Source: a virus (taxonomy: Duplodnaviria > Caudoviricetes). Taken from it: DNA of 62,705 nt. The notes under the pieces were generated by a model, which did not search any database, was not told the origin of the DNA, and was given only the letters and a program-made list of their open reading frames with translations. Each line of letters begins with the position of its first letter. Positions within the stretch are counted from its first letter, which is position 1. Both the position numbers and the translations under genes were made by a program. This document shows, piece by piece, positions 1 to 9,365 of the stretch. The stretch spans positions 1 through 62,705 of the IMG/VR virus record IMGVR_UViG_3300044788_000047; one strand, 5' to 3'.

Positions 1-144
1 ATCTCACGCGCCCACGTATCGAAATCCGTAGACCCGGCCTCGTAGACCGTCCCGCCGTAGTCCACCAAATCGTCAATGATGTCATCGGCCTCGTCCGCGC
101 CGATTGCCAGCGTCTCGATCGGCTTGTTGAGCTTGGCCTGCAAC
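1..144. repeat. Terminal overlap, left copy
   Basis: Identical to 62562-62705 except position 18 (A) vs 62579 (G), a synonymous GAT/GAC Asp codon on the minus strand. Confidence 0.97.
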
Positions 145-3100
145 CGCTTCTTGGCGGCCTCGGCCGCGGTCATGTCGAAGATTTTTACTCCTGGCCCCCC
201 GACGGCTGGCGCGGGAGCTTCGCCCCTTCCACCCCGTGCACCACCCCCTGATGGTGGGGAGGGAACAGTCGCCGCGGCGGGAGGTCCGGCTTGAGGGGCT
301 GCGGCCGAGGGAAGCTCGGCTGGGGGCGCGGCGGCAACGGCCGCATCGGCGCCGGGGGCAGCGCCAAGATCCTCGCCACCGCGGCCCGGTTGGGTCGGAT
401 AAAGGGAGCCCTGTTCAGGCGCATCTCGTTCCACCTTTCTGACGGCGGCTTCCCAGAAGTTGTCCCGTGTGAGATCCTGCGGCGGCAGGCCGGCGAGTTC
501 ACCCTGGTTCGGATCCGCGACCGCGGCATCGACCCGTTCGTAGTAGTTGGTGAGCGCCTCCTGAATCCGCTTGGATCGCTTGGCTTGGGCGTCGAACAGC
601 GCGAGGATCGACTTCGCCACCTGGCTGATACTCTCGTCGGGAATGAGCGATGGCTGCGTGAGTACGACGCCCTTTTCACTGTAGACGGGTTTGCCCAGGT
701 AGTTTTTTAGCGCGTCCGGATCGGAGCTCCCCCGAAGCTCGGAGAGCTTGAGCGCCGCGTCGGCGATCTCCTTGCTGAGGAGGAGCTGCGGCGCGATAGT
801 GGCGATCCGGCTCTCGACGGCGACCACCCGTGGGGCGATGTTCTGGAGCGCCATGAGGACATTCCGGATGTTCTCGTTCAGGTTCTCGGCCAGCGGAGCG
901 ACCAGGTTCTTGCCGTAGGCTTTGGCGAAGAGGGCGTTGCGTATCCTGGCCAAGCCTTCTTGACTGAGGCTCCCGTCTGGCGTGAGGTAGCGACCGCGCT
1001 CGGAGGCCGGCACGACGTCGGCCATGAAGGCGCGCACGAAGTCCCGGTTCTGCGCGGTGTTGATCTGTCCCGTCTCGGATGGCTGGAAGAGCGCGAGGAG
1101 TTTGGAGGACAGGTTCCCAGCGTCGATACCGGCGAGCTCGGTTGAGGACATCGCGGAGACGCTCGAGACGTTGGCTTCCTGCGCGAGCTTGGTGAGGTCC
1201 ATGGCCGGGTCGTCGATCACGCGCACGAGCACCGGAACGGTCGCCTTCTCGAAGTCTGCGGTGGAGATCCCAAACTTCTCGTGGTTCGCCTTGAGCCAGT
1301 CGTAGTACCGCTGCCCGGGCGCGCGGTCTCGCGCCTCCGGCCCGAAGGCCTTCCTGAGCGCCTCGGTACGCCGGTTCCCCGAGATGACGTTGCCGTACTG
1401 GTCGAGGATCGGGGCACCCTGGCTCGCGAGCCGGCTCTCCCCGAGCTGCTCCGGGTCGAGCTGGCCGGCGATCGCGTGCTCGGCCGCCTCATAGACGCCG
1501 CGCTCTTCTACCGCCCGCGGCTGGTACTGCTGCGGGTAGCCCGGCATCCGAGAGGTCCTGGCCTCCGGCAGGTCGATCACCGCCCACTTGAACGGCACCT
1601 TGGTCCCAGCTTCGGTCACGGCCTCGCCAGTGGCCCCGTACTGCGCCTTGAGTGACGGTTGTCCACCCGCGAAGCCTCGTTTCTCCAGCTCTTGAGCAAC
1701 CAAAGGGAACCTCTCCCACATCTCCTGCATGCCCATAACGAGTTGGCCCTGGACCCTGAACGTTTGTTGTGGTTTCCCTCCGACCGAGTAGGGACGCATG
1801 ATCTCAATGTTGGCGCGGCCAACTCGAAACGTCTGCGGCTCCATCGGGCCCGGTGCTGTGACCGTAGGTGTCACAGGTGTCGGCGCTGCTGGCGCCTGTG
1901 GCACCTCCGGCGGGACCTCGACAGGCCGGGCGGCCGGAGCCATCGTCTTGGCCTTGCGGATCTCCTCGTCGATGAAGGCCATCCGTCCGATGTCCACGGA
2001 CCCGGGTTCCCGCCCACGCAGGTTCGCTCGGATGTAGGTCCTGACCATCTGGCCGATGCGGCGGAGCGCCGGTTCTGGAAGCCCGGTATGAGCCTCGAGG
2101 GCAGCCAGGTAGTCGGCATCCCGCTTCGATGGCACCTGCTGGGCGACGATGTAGAGTCCCTTCTCGAGGTCCCGGGTGAAGGCAAGGTCGTAGGACTTGT
2201 CCTGGATGTTGTACCGGGGCTTGGCGCCGGCGAGCTCGCGTGGTAGGGTGAACTCGCCCTTGAGTGGGGCAGCAGCACCCGGTAGCTCCGGTGCCGCAGC
2301 GGCCGGAGCTTGAGCCGGAGATGGCTCGGCAGGGCGCGGGGCGGGGGTCTCCGGAACGGTCTCCCCAACAGCGGCAGGCGCTCCGGGGACCTCCGCCGGG
2401 ATGGTCACTTCTGGGGGTCCAGCGGGCCGCGCCGGGGCCTCTGGGGCGACTTCGGCCGCCGGAGGACGTACCACCTCAATGGGACCGGCCGGAGCCTCCT
2501 CTGGCCTTGCGGCGGCCTCTGGCGGAGCTTCTGGGGGTGCGGCCTCGGCATCCTCAGCTCGCTTCGCCCCCTCTTCGTAGGCGACCCGCCCGGCTTCCCG
2601 CTGGAGGATCGCCTGGGCGGCCGACAGCTCGGCCTCGTCCTGGGTCTGCCCCCTGCGCCGGAACACGCTCACCAGCCGGCCGAACTCGGCCGCCTCGACC
2701 TTCTGCCGGGCCTCGGCGATCGCGAGCTTGACCGTGTCGTCCAGCGGGACACCCTTGGCCTTAGCCTCCCGCTTGAGGCCCTCAAGGACCAGGCGAGGAT
2801 CCCGGCCGTGGAAGAGGAAGAGCATGTCCAGCCCGTAGTCGAAGGCTTTCTGGGCCAGCGGGCGCTCGTCGAATGGGTGCTGGAGGTTGACGGCGTCGTT
2901 CAGGACGGCCCCGATACCCCATCGGGCGGCGAGAGACGGGAGTTCCTGCCCGGTGAAGGTCCCGCTCACGCCACCGAACACCGCGCCCGTCAGGGCCCCC
3001 TTCCCAGCCGCCTTGAGCAGCACCTTGCCCGCCTCGAGCACCGACTCTTTCTCGAAGGCATGGCCGGTCTCGGCGGCGGCCGAGGCGGCGGCCAGCGTAG

Positions 3101-3902
3101 CCGCCTCCTTGATCACCGCCTTGCCGAGGATGGTCCTGGTGGTGTCGGTCATCAAGGGCGCGAGATACCGCCCGATGGTGGCTTCCGTAGCTGCGCGAGC
3201 CGCAATGTACGGTGTGGTCAGGAATCCAGCGACGTGGCCTGCCCCGTAGGCAAGACTCTCGCCGATCGTCTCGGGCTCCTGGTCGGGAAACCCCGTCGCG
3301 CGCTTGACGGCACCACCGATGCCCAGCGTTACCGCTTCCGCAGCTCCCGTGAGCGCCTGGCCGACCACTCTCGGGCCCGGCTCACGGTACTCGGATACCG
3401 GCACTCCGGTCTCTCGCGCGCCGAGCGCGACGACCGCCTTCGCGCCTTCGGCCGTTTTCCGCCGCTCCTCGGCCTTGCCGAGGTCGAGCAGGCCCAGACC
3501 CGAGAGGATCCTACCGAAGACCCCGGGCTCAGTGGTCCTCTTGGTGCCTTCCGGTGCAGCCCGAAGTTCTGGCTCGGTTGCGACTCGGGGTGGCCGCTCC
3601 GCTGGCTTCGGTGCCCTCGCCGCGAGGTCCTCTTCCATGCCGCCCGTCGAGAAGGCACGGCTGGCTACCTCACCTACGGCCCCAGCGGCAGCGCCCACGG
3701 CCTCTCCCACTGCACCGGCAACAGCGCCGGCTCCACGCGCGATCTGCCGCCCCGTTTCAGCGGCACCCTCGAGGAGCGGCCGGCCGAAGATCGAGGGATA
3801 CGCGGGCGCCGCCGGTTCAGGCGGGATCTGGAAGGCGCTCGTCGCCGGGGCCTCAGCCACCGCAACGGCCGCATCGTCTTCCGCGGGAATCGTGAACGCC
3901 AT
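1..3902 (-). CDS. Giant polyvalent virion/ejected protein, N-terminal ~1,300 aa (Pro/Ala linkers + ddrB-like ParB domain); continues across the origin into 62561-57281, ~3,060 aa total
   Basis: Missing from the ORF track because it runs off the edge. Manual translation from ATG at 3902 (TAATG overlap with the upstream stop) is open to base 1 and in frame with the 57281 ORF. Contains YQPR...LDPEQLGESRLASQGAPILDQYGNVISGNRRTEAL...PVLVR...DGSLSQEGLARIRNALFAKAYG. Confidence 0.88.
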   Translation of the reverse strand, partial: MAFTIPAEDDAAVAVAEAPATSAFQIPPEPAAPAYPSIFGRPLLEGAAETGRQIARGAGAVAGAVGEAVGAAAGAVGEVASRAFSTGGMEEDLAARAPKPAERPPRVATEPELRAAPEGTKRTTEPGVFGRILSGLGLLDLGKAEERRKTAEGAKAVVALGARETGVPVSEYREPGPRVVGQALTGAAEAVTLGIGGAVKRATGFPDQEPETIGESLAYGAGHVAGFLTTPYIAARAATEATIGRYLAPLMTDTTRTILGKAVIKEAATLAAASAAAETGHAFEKESVLEAGKVLLKAAGKGALTGAVFGGVSGTFTGQELPSLAARWGIGAVLNDAVNLQHPFDERPLAQKAFDYGLDMLFLFHGRDPRLVLEGLKREAKAKGVPLDDTVKLAIAEARQKVEAAEFGRLVSVFRRRGQTQDEAELSAAQAILQREAGRVAYEEGAKRAEDAEAAPPEAPPEAAARPEEAPAGPIEVVRPPAAEVAPEAPARPAGPPEVTIPAEVPGAPAAVGETVPETPAPRPAEPSPAQAPAAAAPELPGAAAPLKGEFTLPRELAGAKPRYNIQDKSYDLAFTRDLEKGLYIVAQQVPSKRDADYLAALEAHTGLPEPALRRIGQMVRTYIRANLRGREPGSVDIGRMAFIDEEIRKAKTMAPAARPVEVPPEVPQAPAAPTPVTPTVTAPGPMEPQTFRVGRANIEIMRPYSVGGKPQQTFRVQGQLVMGMQEMWERFPLVAQELEKRGFAGGQPSLKAQYGATGEAVTEAGTKVPFKWAVIDLPEARTSRMPGYPQQYQPRAVEERGVYEAAEHAIAGQLDPEQLGESRLASQGAPILDQYGNVISGNRRTEALRKAFGPEARDRAPGQRYYDWLKANHEKFGISTADFEKATVPVLVRVIDDPAMDLTKLAQEANVSSVSAMSSTELAGIDAGNLSSKLLALFQPSETGQINTAQNRDFVRAFMADVVPASERGRYLTPDGSLSQEGLARIRNALFAKAYGKNLVAPLAENLNENIRNVLMALQNIAPRVVAVESRIATIAPQLLLSKEIADAALKLSELRGSSDPDALKNYLGKPVYSEKGVVLTQPSLIPDESISQVAKSILALFDAQAKRSKRIQEALTNYYERVDAAVADPNQGELAGLPPQDLTRDNFWEAAVRKVERDAPEQGSLYPTQPGRGGEDLGAAPGADAAVAAAPPAELPSAAAPQAGPPAAATVPSPPSGGGARGGRGEAPAPAVGGPGVKIFDMTAAEAAKKRLQAKLNKPIETLAIGADEADDIIDDLVDYGGTVYEAGSTDFDTWARE

Positions 3903-5233
3903 TAGGGACTCGTGGACAGTAACCCCGCAGCGCGATCCGCTTCGGCCTGGGTCATGGTGCCGTTCGCGACGTTGTGGTCGAGGATCTGCTTGATGCGCTG
4001 CGGGCGTGTCATGGTCTTGGGCGGACTCTCCCGCATCGCCTTCTGGACCGCCGAGACCGCCTCATTGACGGTGACTTGCCGAACCGTCGCCCCTTTCGCG
4101 CCGCTGCCAATCTTGTCGAGTTCATCCGAATCCGCCGCAATCTGCTGGCGGGCGATCTCCTTGTCCTTCGGGAGCGCATTCGCCGACGTGAGGATCGACC
4201 GATTCTGGGCAATCCGCTTCGAGAGGACCGTCGCGCGCTCTTTGCCCTCTTTGCTCCCTCCTGCCGCCCCTGCCGCGCTCGGAGCCTTCCCCGGCACCGT
4301 CGCTTTGGTTTTGCGGGCCTCTTCGCCAGCGACCCGCTTCTGTTCCAGCAGGAACGGCTCATCGGCCGTCTTCTTGGCGGTCTCCATTGCACCGGCCTGC
4401 CGCACCTTTTCGTCGTCCTTCACGGACTGGGGCTTGAGCGCGTTCATCTTCGGCAGGAACCCGGGATGGAGACCCTCCTCTGCGCGCGACCACGCCTGCG
4501 ACGCAGAGAGGCTGGGATTGGCGACGCGCAACTGCGTGTACTTCTCGATGGCGGAGTACACCGCGTCCGGCTGGTTCTGCTTGACGTCCTCCAGCGTGTG
4601 CTTGTTGAGATCCTTCATCAGCGGGTGACTCGCTCCGATGGGGAACGCCTTGTAGATGGCGGCGATGCCATCGAGGCTCATCCGCGTCCGCTCTTCCGGG
4701 CTCTTCGCGGTCGCGGCATTCCTGATGGTATCTTGGTAGACGCCCAGCGCCCCGCCCAACTGCTTCGCGGTTTCGGAATCGTCGAGCAGGAGCTTGTAGT
4801 CTCGTAGCGCCTCCTTGACGTGGACAGGATTGCCGAGTTTCATCGCGAGGTTCACCAAGTCGAGCTGGAAGTCCTTGGGGTCGGCGTACCCGCCGGCATC
4901 TGGCTTCTTCTTCATGCGTTCCGCTATCGTGGCACCGAACGCGCGGGCGTCGTCCTGCCGCGTGATCTTCTGCCCCGCCTCCTTGAGCGCCAGCGCGTGC
5001 GTATCGCTGCTGATAGCCTGCTCCCGCAACTGCCCGGGAAGGAGTTGCTCCGCCATGTTGAGGCGCTGCTGGCTCCGCTGGCCTTCCTCGTCGCCTTGGC
5101 GCACTCGCGCAGTCGTCCCGTAGGCCTTGAGTCCCTCGTCCACCGCCCCCGAGATACCCTCGCCGAGCCGCTTCGCTGGCCCTTCGGCGACCTGCTCGTA
5201 GCCTTGAAGTCCTGCCAAGAGTCCCGCAGCCAT
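3902..5233 (-). CDS. Putative internal virion (DNA ejection) protein
   Basis: 443 aa, helical, Ala/Gln/Lys-rich; sits between the pilot-like gene and the giant protein as in podovirus ejection modules. Confidence 0.6.
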   Translation of the reverse strand: MAAGLLAGLQGYEQVAEGPAKRLGEGISGAVDEGLKAYGTTARVRQGDEEGQRSQQRLNMAEQLLPGQLREQAISSDTHALALKEAGQKITRQDDARAFGATIAERMKKKPDAGGYADPKDFQLDLVNLAMKLGNPVHVKEALRDYKLLLDDSETAKQLGGALGVYQDTIRNAATAKSPEERTRMSLDGIAAIYKAFPIGASHPLMKDLNKHTLEDVKQNQPDAVYSAIEKYTQLRVANPSLSASQAWSRAEEGLHPGFLPKMNALKPQSVKDDEKVRQAGAMETAKKTADEPFLLEQKRVAGEEARKTKATVPGKAPSAAGAAGGSKEGKERATVLSKRIAQNRSILTSANALPKDKEIARQQIAADSDELDKIGSGAKGATVRQVTVNEAVSAVQKAMRESPPKTMTRPQRIKQILDHNVANGTMTQAEADRAAGLLSTSP

Positions 5234-5248
5234 GGTCGGTCCTTTCCC

Positions 5249-6136
5249 TTATGAATACAGGGGATCCGCTCGACTCTCGTCGAAGGTGCCTCCCGGTGTC
5301 GGATTCATGCCAGAGAGACTATATGCCTGATCGCCCGCCTGTTTCTGCATCCCCCGGAACGCGCCGTAGAGCCCGCCCGCGCCACGCAAGAGCGCCGAGC
5401 CGATGTCGCCGTAGCCGGTCGATCGCCCCATGCCGATGCCGTATTGTCGATCCATGAGCGACAGCATGTAGGGGTCTTGCGCCCCGGCCGCAGCAGCACC
5501 TAATTGTTGCGGTGCCCCCCGCATGATGCCCACCTGGAACTGCTGCTCCTGCAACTGCGACGCCGCCGAGCTCTGGGCAATTTGCTCGGCCGCCGTCGTC
5601 TCGCCACGCCGCAACGCCGACTCCTGGATGTTCCGGCTCTCCTGGCCCTTCTGGAGTTGCGTGGAGCCCGCCGTGCCGGTCTTGTAGTCCGGCCCCTGCG
5701 TCCGCAGAAGGTACTCCGTGCGTTGCGCGTCCTGCTCGTTGAGGCTCCGCGTGGCGCCGGGGTCGATGTCGAGCTCGCCCTTCAAGCCCTTGAGCACCTT
5801 CTCGTCCGCCAACTGCCGGATCTGATCTTCGGCCTGCTGGGTCTTGGTCTGGGGCTTCTTCTCGATCCCCGTGATCTGCCCGTTCGGTCCGTAGACCGGG
5901 ACGAGGCCCGCCGAGTCGAGCTGGAACGGCAAGAGCATCTCGGCCATGGCATAGGCCCGGTCGGCCCGTGCCTGGTCTTCCGCCATCCTGGCGCGTACCG
6001 CCGTCGGGATCTTGCCGCTCGGGCCGGACATCATCCCGTAGACCGACGATCCGATCCCGACAAGCGCCACGGCGGCCGAAAAGTACCCGCCCTGATTGGT
6101 CAAAGCCCAGCGGAGTCGCCTGAGCAATTCGTTCAT
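5249..6136 (-). CDS. Putative pilot/DNA ejection protein
   Basis: 295 aa; N-terminal Gly/Ala hydrophobic segment, Gln-rich coiled region, Gly-rich hydrophobic C-terminal segment; position. Confidence 0.6.
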   Translation of the reverse strand: MNELLRRLRWALTNQGGYFSAAVALVGIGSSVYGMMSGPSGKIPTAVRARMAEDQARADRAYAMAEMLLPFQLDSAGLVPVYGPNGQITGIEKKPQTKTQQAEDQIRQLADEKVLKGLKGELDIDPGATRSLNEQDAQRTEYLLRTQGPDYKTGTAGSTQLQKGQESRNIQESALRRGETTAAEQIAQSSAASQLQEQQFQVGIMRGAPQQLGAAAAGAQDPYMLSLMDRQYGIGMGRSTGYGDIGSALLRGAGGLYGAFRGMQKQAGDQAYSLSGMNPTPGGTFDESRADPLYS

Positions 6137-6146
6137 CGCCCACCCC

Positions 6147-7382
6147 CTAGTCCGGCCACTGAATATCCCACCCGCTCAGGGCCACCGCGTCGATCGAATA
6201 CGTCGGGGAGACGGCGTAGAAAATCGTGGACCGGGGATCTCCCCGCGTGGGCACCCGCATGGGCGCGCCGCTCTGGCCCGATTGTTCTTGATAGAACGCC
6301 GCGACCTTGGTCACCGTCGGCACGCCACTCCACGATTGCCAGTGAAATCCTGCCGTCGCGCCTCCCGCCACGAGGACGTTGATTTCCACGGCACTCACGG
6401 CGACCGTCGGCACATAGGCGCTCAAGTCGAGGGCCGTGGCGTTCGTCAGAACCGAGCTGGTGATGACCTGGGGCGGCGTGGCGAAACTAAATGAGCTATC
6501 AAACTGGACGCCCTTCAAAAAATGCGCGGTGGCATCCGTCCCGAAACCGCCCACGAGGCGCCGCTTCGTGTAGCCGATCGGCATCGTGGGGTTGGTCCCG
6601 GAGGTCGAGAGGAGACCCGAGAAGGTGTTGGAGGGCGGCCTGAGGATGACGTAGAGATAGTAAAACGTGTTGGCGGCCAGCGTCCCGCTGTCCAGCGCAT
6701 CGGCGCCGGTGGTCGTGGCGTCTACCGTCGTCGTGAAGGGCGACTTGATGAAGCCGGCCACGCTGATCCGATCGGCCGAGAGGTTGATTTTCGTGTTGGG
6801 CGTGCCGGGATTGTTGAGGGCGATGAACTTGATGGTCACGGCACTGCCGTAGGAACTCGACGGTCCCGTGAGCGTGTTGACGATCCCGGCATGGTCCCGG
6901 TACGCGAGCACGGTGTTACCGGCGCCATCGTCTTTCGCATAGAGCGATAGGGTATTGAGCGCCGGCGGCGGCGGCGGGTCGGCGATCTCGGTGTAACTCG
7001 TGTAGGTCGCTCCCCAGTGCTTCGAGACGTCGCGTGCCAGCGAGTTGTCGATCACTTCATACCAGTAGCTCTTTCCGACGATCGCCTTGAGTTGAAAGCG
7101 GAGCCGCTCAAGTTCTCCCTGCACCGTGCTCGCCTGGGAGGCCGAGGTGCCCGGAAACGGATCGACCGTCACCCGCATCTGGCTCACAGAGGAGGAATCC
7201 CCTGTGACACAGGAGGCGATGTTCGAGGTCACCGTCCGCGTGAAGGCGCTGTTGAGGTCCGTGGATGTCAGGATCTCGTTGAGGGCCCAGGTCTTGAAGA
7301 CGCCGCACTGCGCTGCGGCAGGAGCGGGCAGTCCCCACCAGAGCGCAAGCACGGACACTGCCACTAGCATTCGTAGGCTCAT
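6147..7382 (-). CDS. Tail fibre/spike-like protein with N-terminal signal peptide
   Basis: Start at 7382 (GAGGAG RBS). MSLRMLVAVSVLALWWGLPAPAAA|Q; anchor-like segment QM..TVDP...GELERLRF....IVGKSYWY; fibre-type DALDSGTLAANTFYYLYVI...PTMPIGYTKRRLVG. Confidence 0.7.
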   Translation of the reverse strand: MSLRMLVAVSVLALWWGLPAPAAAQCGVFKTWALNEILTSTDLNSAFTRTVTSNIASCVTGDSSSVSQMRVTVDPFPGTSASQASTVQGELERLRFQLKAIVGKSYWYEVIDNSLARDVSKHWGATYTSYTEIADPPPPPALNTLSLYAKDDGAGNTVLAYRDHAGIVNTLTGPSSSYGSAVTIKFIALNNPGTPNTKINLSADRISVAGFIKSPFTTTVDATTTGADALDSGTLAANTFYYLYVILRPPSNTFSGLLSTSGTNPTMPIGYTKRRLVGGFGTDATAHFLKGVQFDSSFSFATPPQVITSSVLTNATALDLSAYVPTVAVSAVEINVLVAGGATAGFHWQSWSGVPTVTKVAAFYQEQSGQSGAPMRVPTRGDPRSTIFYAVSPTYSIDAVALSGWDIQWPD

Positions 7383-7392
7383 GGGTCTCTCC

Positions 7393-7779
7393 TCATTTCT
7401 TGTTGCCAAAACTATACCCCCCGAGACTAAACGCCGTCTGTAATTGTGAAATCCGGAAGTATGGGAACGGAGTCTCGCCGAACGTTATCGGCTCACACGC
7501 GCTCTCCGCCGACGCGACGAGGTCGGGATCGCCGCTCGTGAAGATGGCCCGATAGGCTTTCGGGGCGACGTCGGTGATCAGGCGCTCGCTCGAGAGGACG
7601 ACCGCGCTGGTCCCGCCCGCTGGGACGGGCACGGTTTCCTCGGTGAAGTCACCGCTACAGTCGCCGGTCTCGTAGAACCGGAAGGTGATGGTACTTCCGT
7701 CCGGAATGACTCCACCAATGACGGCAACCACAGCCTGGTCGAGGATGACTACCGGGACGAAGACGAAGGGCGTCGTCAT
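7393..7779 (-). CDS. Ig-like (bacterial Big-type) virion accessory protein
   Basis: D.A.V...P.G.ITF.FY...C.G...Y.A.F..GD......S.CEP pattern with a Cys pair. Confidence 0.6.
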   Translation of the reverse strand: MTTPFVFVPVVILDQAVVAVIGGVIPDGSTITFRFYETGDCSGDFTEETVPVPAGGTSAVVLSSERLITDVAPKAYRAIFTSGDPDLVASAESACEPITFGETPFPYFRISQLQTAFSLGGYSFGNKK

Positions 7780-9365
7780 CAGACAACCGACCAGGTTCCC
7801 GCTAGCCAGACACTCGTCGAGAACGCAACGGTGACTGTGCCGGACGCGAATTTCCCTCCCTGATGGGGCCCCACCAGCACGTCCGTAATCACCATCACGC
7901 CGCCACCGGCATGGATTTCCCGGCCGATGTCTGTGGTGTCGAACGCCCCGACTAACACCTGAGTGCCTGGGACAGTGGTCTGCACGAACGCATCACCAGT
8001 CGAGACTGGGTGCGGGGCCCCGAAGTCAAAGTAGAGGTCGGCCAGCCGGAACTCCTCCGGCAGCGGGCCCGGTGGAGGCGGAGGCGGCGGGGGTGGCGGA
8101 GGCGGCGGGGGTGGCGGGGGCGGCGGGGGTGGCGGCGGAGGCGGCGGCGGTGGAGGTGGAGGCGGTGGAGGTGGAGGTGGAGGTGGAGGTGGAGGTGTAG
8201 GTGTAGTAGGAGGAGGCGGCGGCGGCGGAGGCTGTGGTGGCGCAGTCGGCGACGCCGACAGGAGGATCGTCGTCGTCACGCTGGCGACCCCTGCCGGCGG
8301 TGTGATCGCGGTTTCCTTGTTCAGGATGGGCGACGTCGGTGAGAGCGACGCGACGTCCTGGACGATGAGATTCGCAAAGACATGATAAGCAGGAAACTCG
8401 GCCCAACTCCCGCCCGACCGCTCGATATAGGCAAAGTTGTCCCCGCCATCGGCGCCAGCCAAGACCCCCGAAATGGTGCCATAGGCCCGAAGCGAGGTTC
8501 CGGCCCCACTCAGGCCGATGTAGTACGGTGTGCCATTGACAACTTCGAGGGGATCGAAGTAGACAGTCATCGGCGTGACGCCGCCCGACGAGCGCACAGC
8601 CGCCAAGAGCGTAGCCGATCGCAGGGCCACGCCGGCAGCGTTGTAGATCCCGATGACGGTATCTACGGTGACGTCGCAATCGAGGCGGACCCCGCTGATC
8701 TTCATGTCCCACGGCGGAATAAACTTGGCGCCGACCAAGTCCGCGCCACCCGACGGCAGGGAGATGATGGCGGAGCTCGACGCGAGACACCCCCAGGGCA
8801 CGAGCCATTCGTCGTCCTCAACATAATGCAGCGCCAGAAGCGGGACTGTTTCCCCTGTGCCCCCGGTCGAGTTCCAACCAAGCGCATCTGGATCAGTGAC
8901 GCTATAGGGAAACCCCCACGATCCCGCTGGTCCGAGAAAGTACCGCGATCCAGTACTCGGCGATCCCCCGCCAAGACTGGCGACGGTCACACAACACGCA
9001 AGCAACTGGCCGCGCGTCACGGCAAGGCCAGAGTTCATATTTGCTGCTATCCATCCATTTGTGGGTAGTGCTGAAGACGGAATAGGCGCCCCGTGGTCGC
9101 CAGTGCCAATCACACCGGAACCTGTCGGCAGTCCATCCGCGCCAACCGTTTCAAGGCTCCACGTCACACCGAACACGCCTTGGACGATGTACGACTGATA
9201 GGCGTAGGCGTTGATCGTGCCCGTCTTGGGTGCGGCGATGACATAGCCGAATCGGGTGCCGACCACGGAGGCACCATCTAGCCAGTGGTAGAAGTTCTCG
9301 ATGGCCGGGGTGATGGCAAACTTGAAGTTCCACGGCCACGGCCAGTAGGCGACGGGGAGGGACAT
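7779..9365 (-). CDS. Virion accessory/receptor-binding-like protein: tandem beta-sandwich domains, polyproline stalk, C-terminal beta domain
   Basis: 528 aa; N-terminal ~340 aa paralogous to 9366-10358; 42 consecutive Pro; C-terminal domain paralogous to 45589-46119. Confidence 0.65.
   Translation of the reverse strand: MSLPVAYWPWPWNFKFAITPAIENFYHWLDGASVVGTRFGYVIAAPKTGTINAYAYQSYIVQGVFGVTWSLETVGADGLPTGSGVIGTGDHGAPIPSSALPTNGWIAANMNSGLAVTRGQLLACCVTVASLGGGSPSTGSRYFLGPAGSWGFPYSVTDPDALGWNSTGGTGETVPLLALHYVEDDEWLVPWGCLASSSAIISLPSGGADLVGAKFIPPWDMKISGVRLDCDVTVDTVIGIYNAAGVALRSATLLAAVRSSGGVTPMTVYFDPLEVVNGTPYYIGLSGAGTSLRAYGTISGVLAGADGGDNFAYIERSGGSWAEFPAYHVFANLIVQDVASLSPTSPILNKETAITPPAGVASVTTTILLSASPTAPPQPPPPPPPPTTPTPPPPPPPPPPPPPPPPPPPPPPPPPPPPPPPPPPPPPPPPPPGPLPEEFRLADLYFDFGAPHPVSTGDAFVQTTVPGTQVLVGAFDTTDIGREIHAGGGVMVITDVLVGPHQGGKFASGTVTVAFSTSVWLAGTWSVV
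8070..8195 (-). repeat. (CCN)42 polyproline tract
   Basis: 126 nt of mixed CCG/CCA/CCT/CCC codons, preceded by PPQPPPPPPPPTTPT. Confidence 0.95.

Noticed and set aside
1-144. Terminal repeat as a biological direct terminal repeat
   Set aside because: It lies mid-gene and 126 bp are exact after one SNP, which fits an assembler overlap on a circular or permuted genome.
2310-3905. Long plus-strand ORFs opposite late genes (e.g. 2310-3905, 20554-22674, 60332-62104) and minus-strand 42709-44538
   Set aside because: These are antisense shadows typical of high-GC coding DNA; they have no motifs, and the opposite strand carries recognisable genes.
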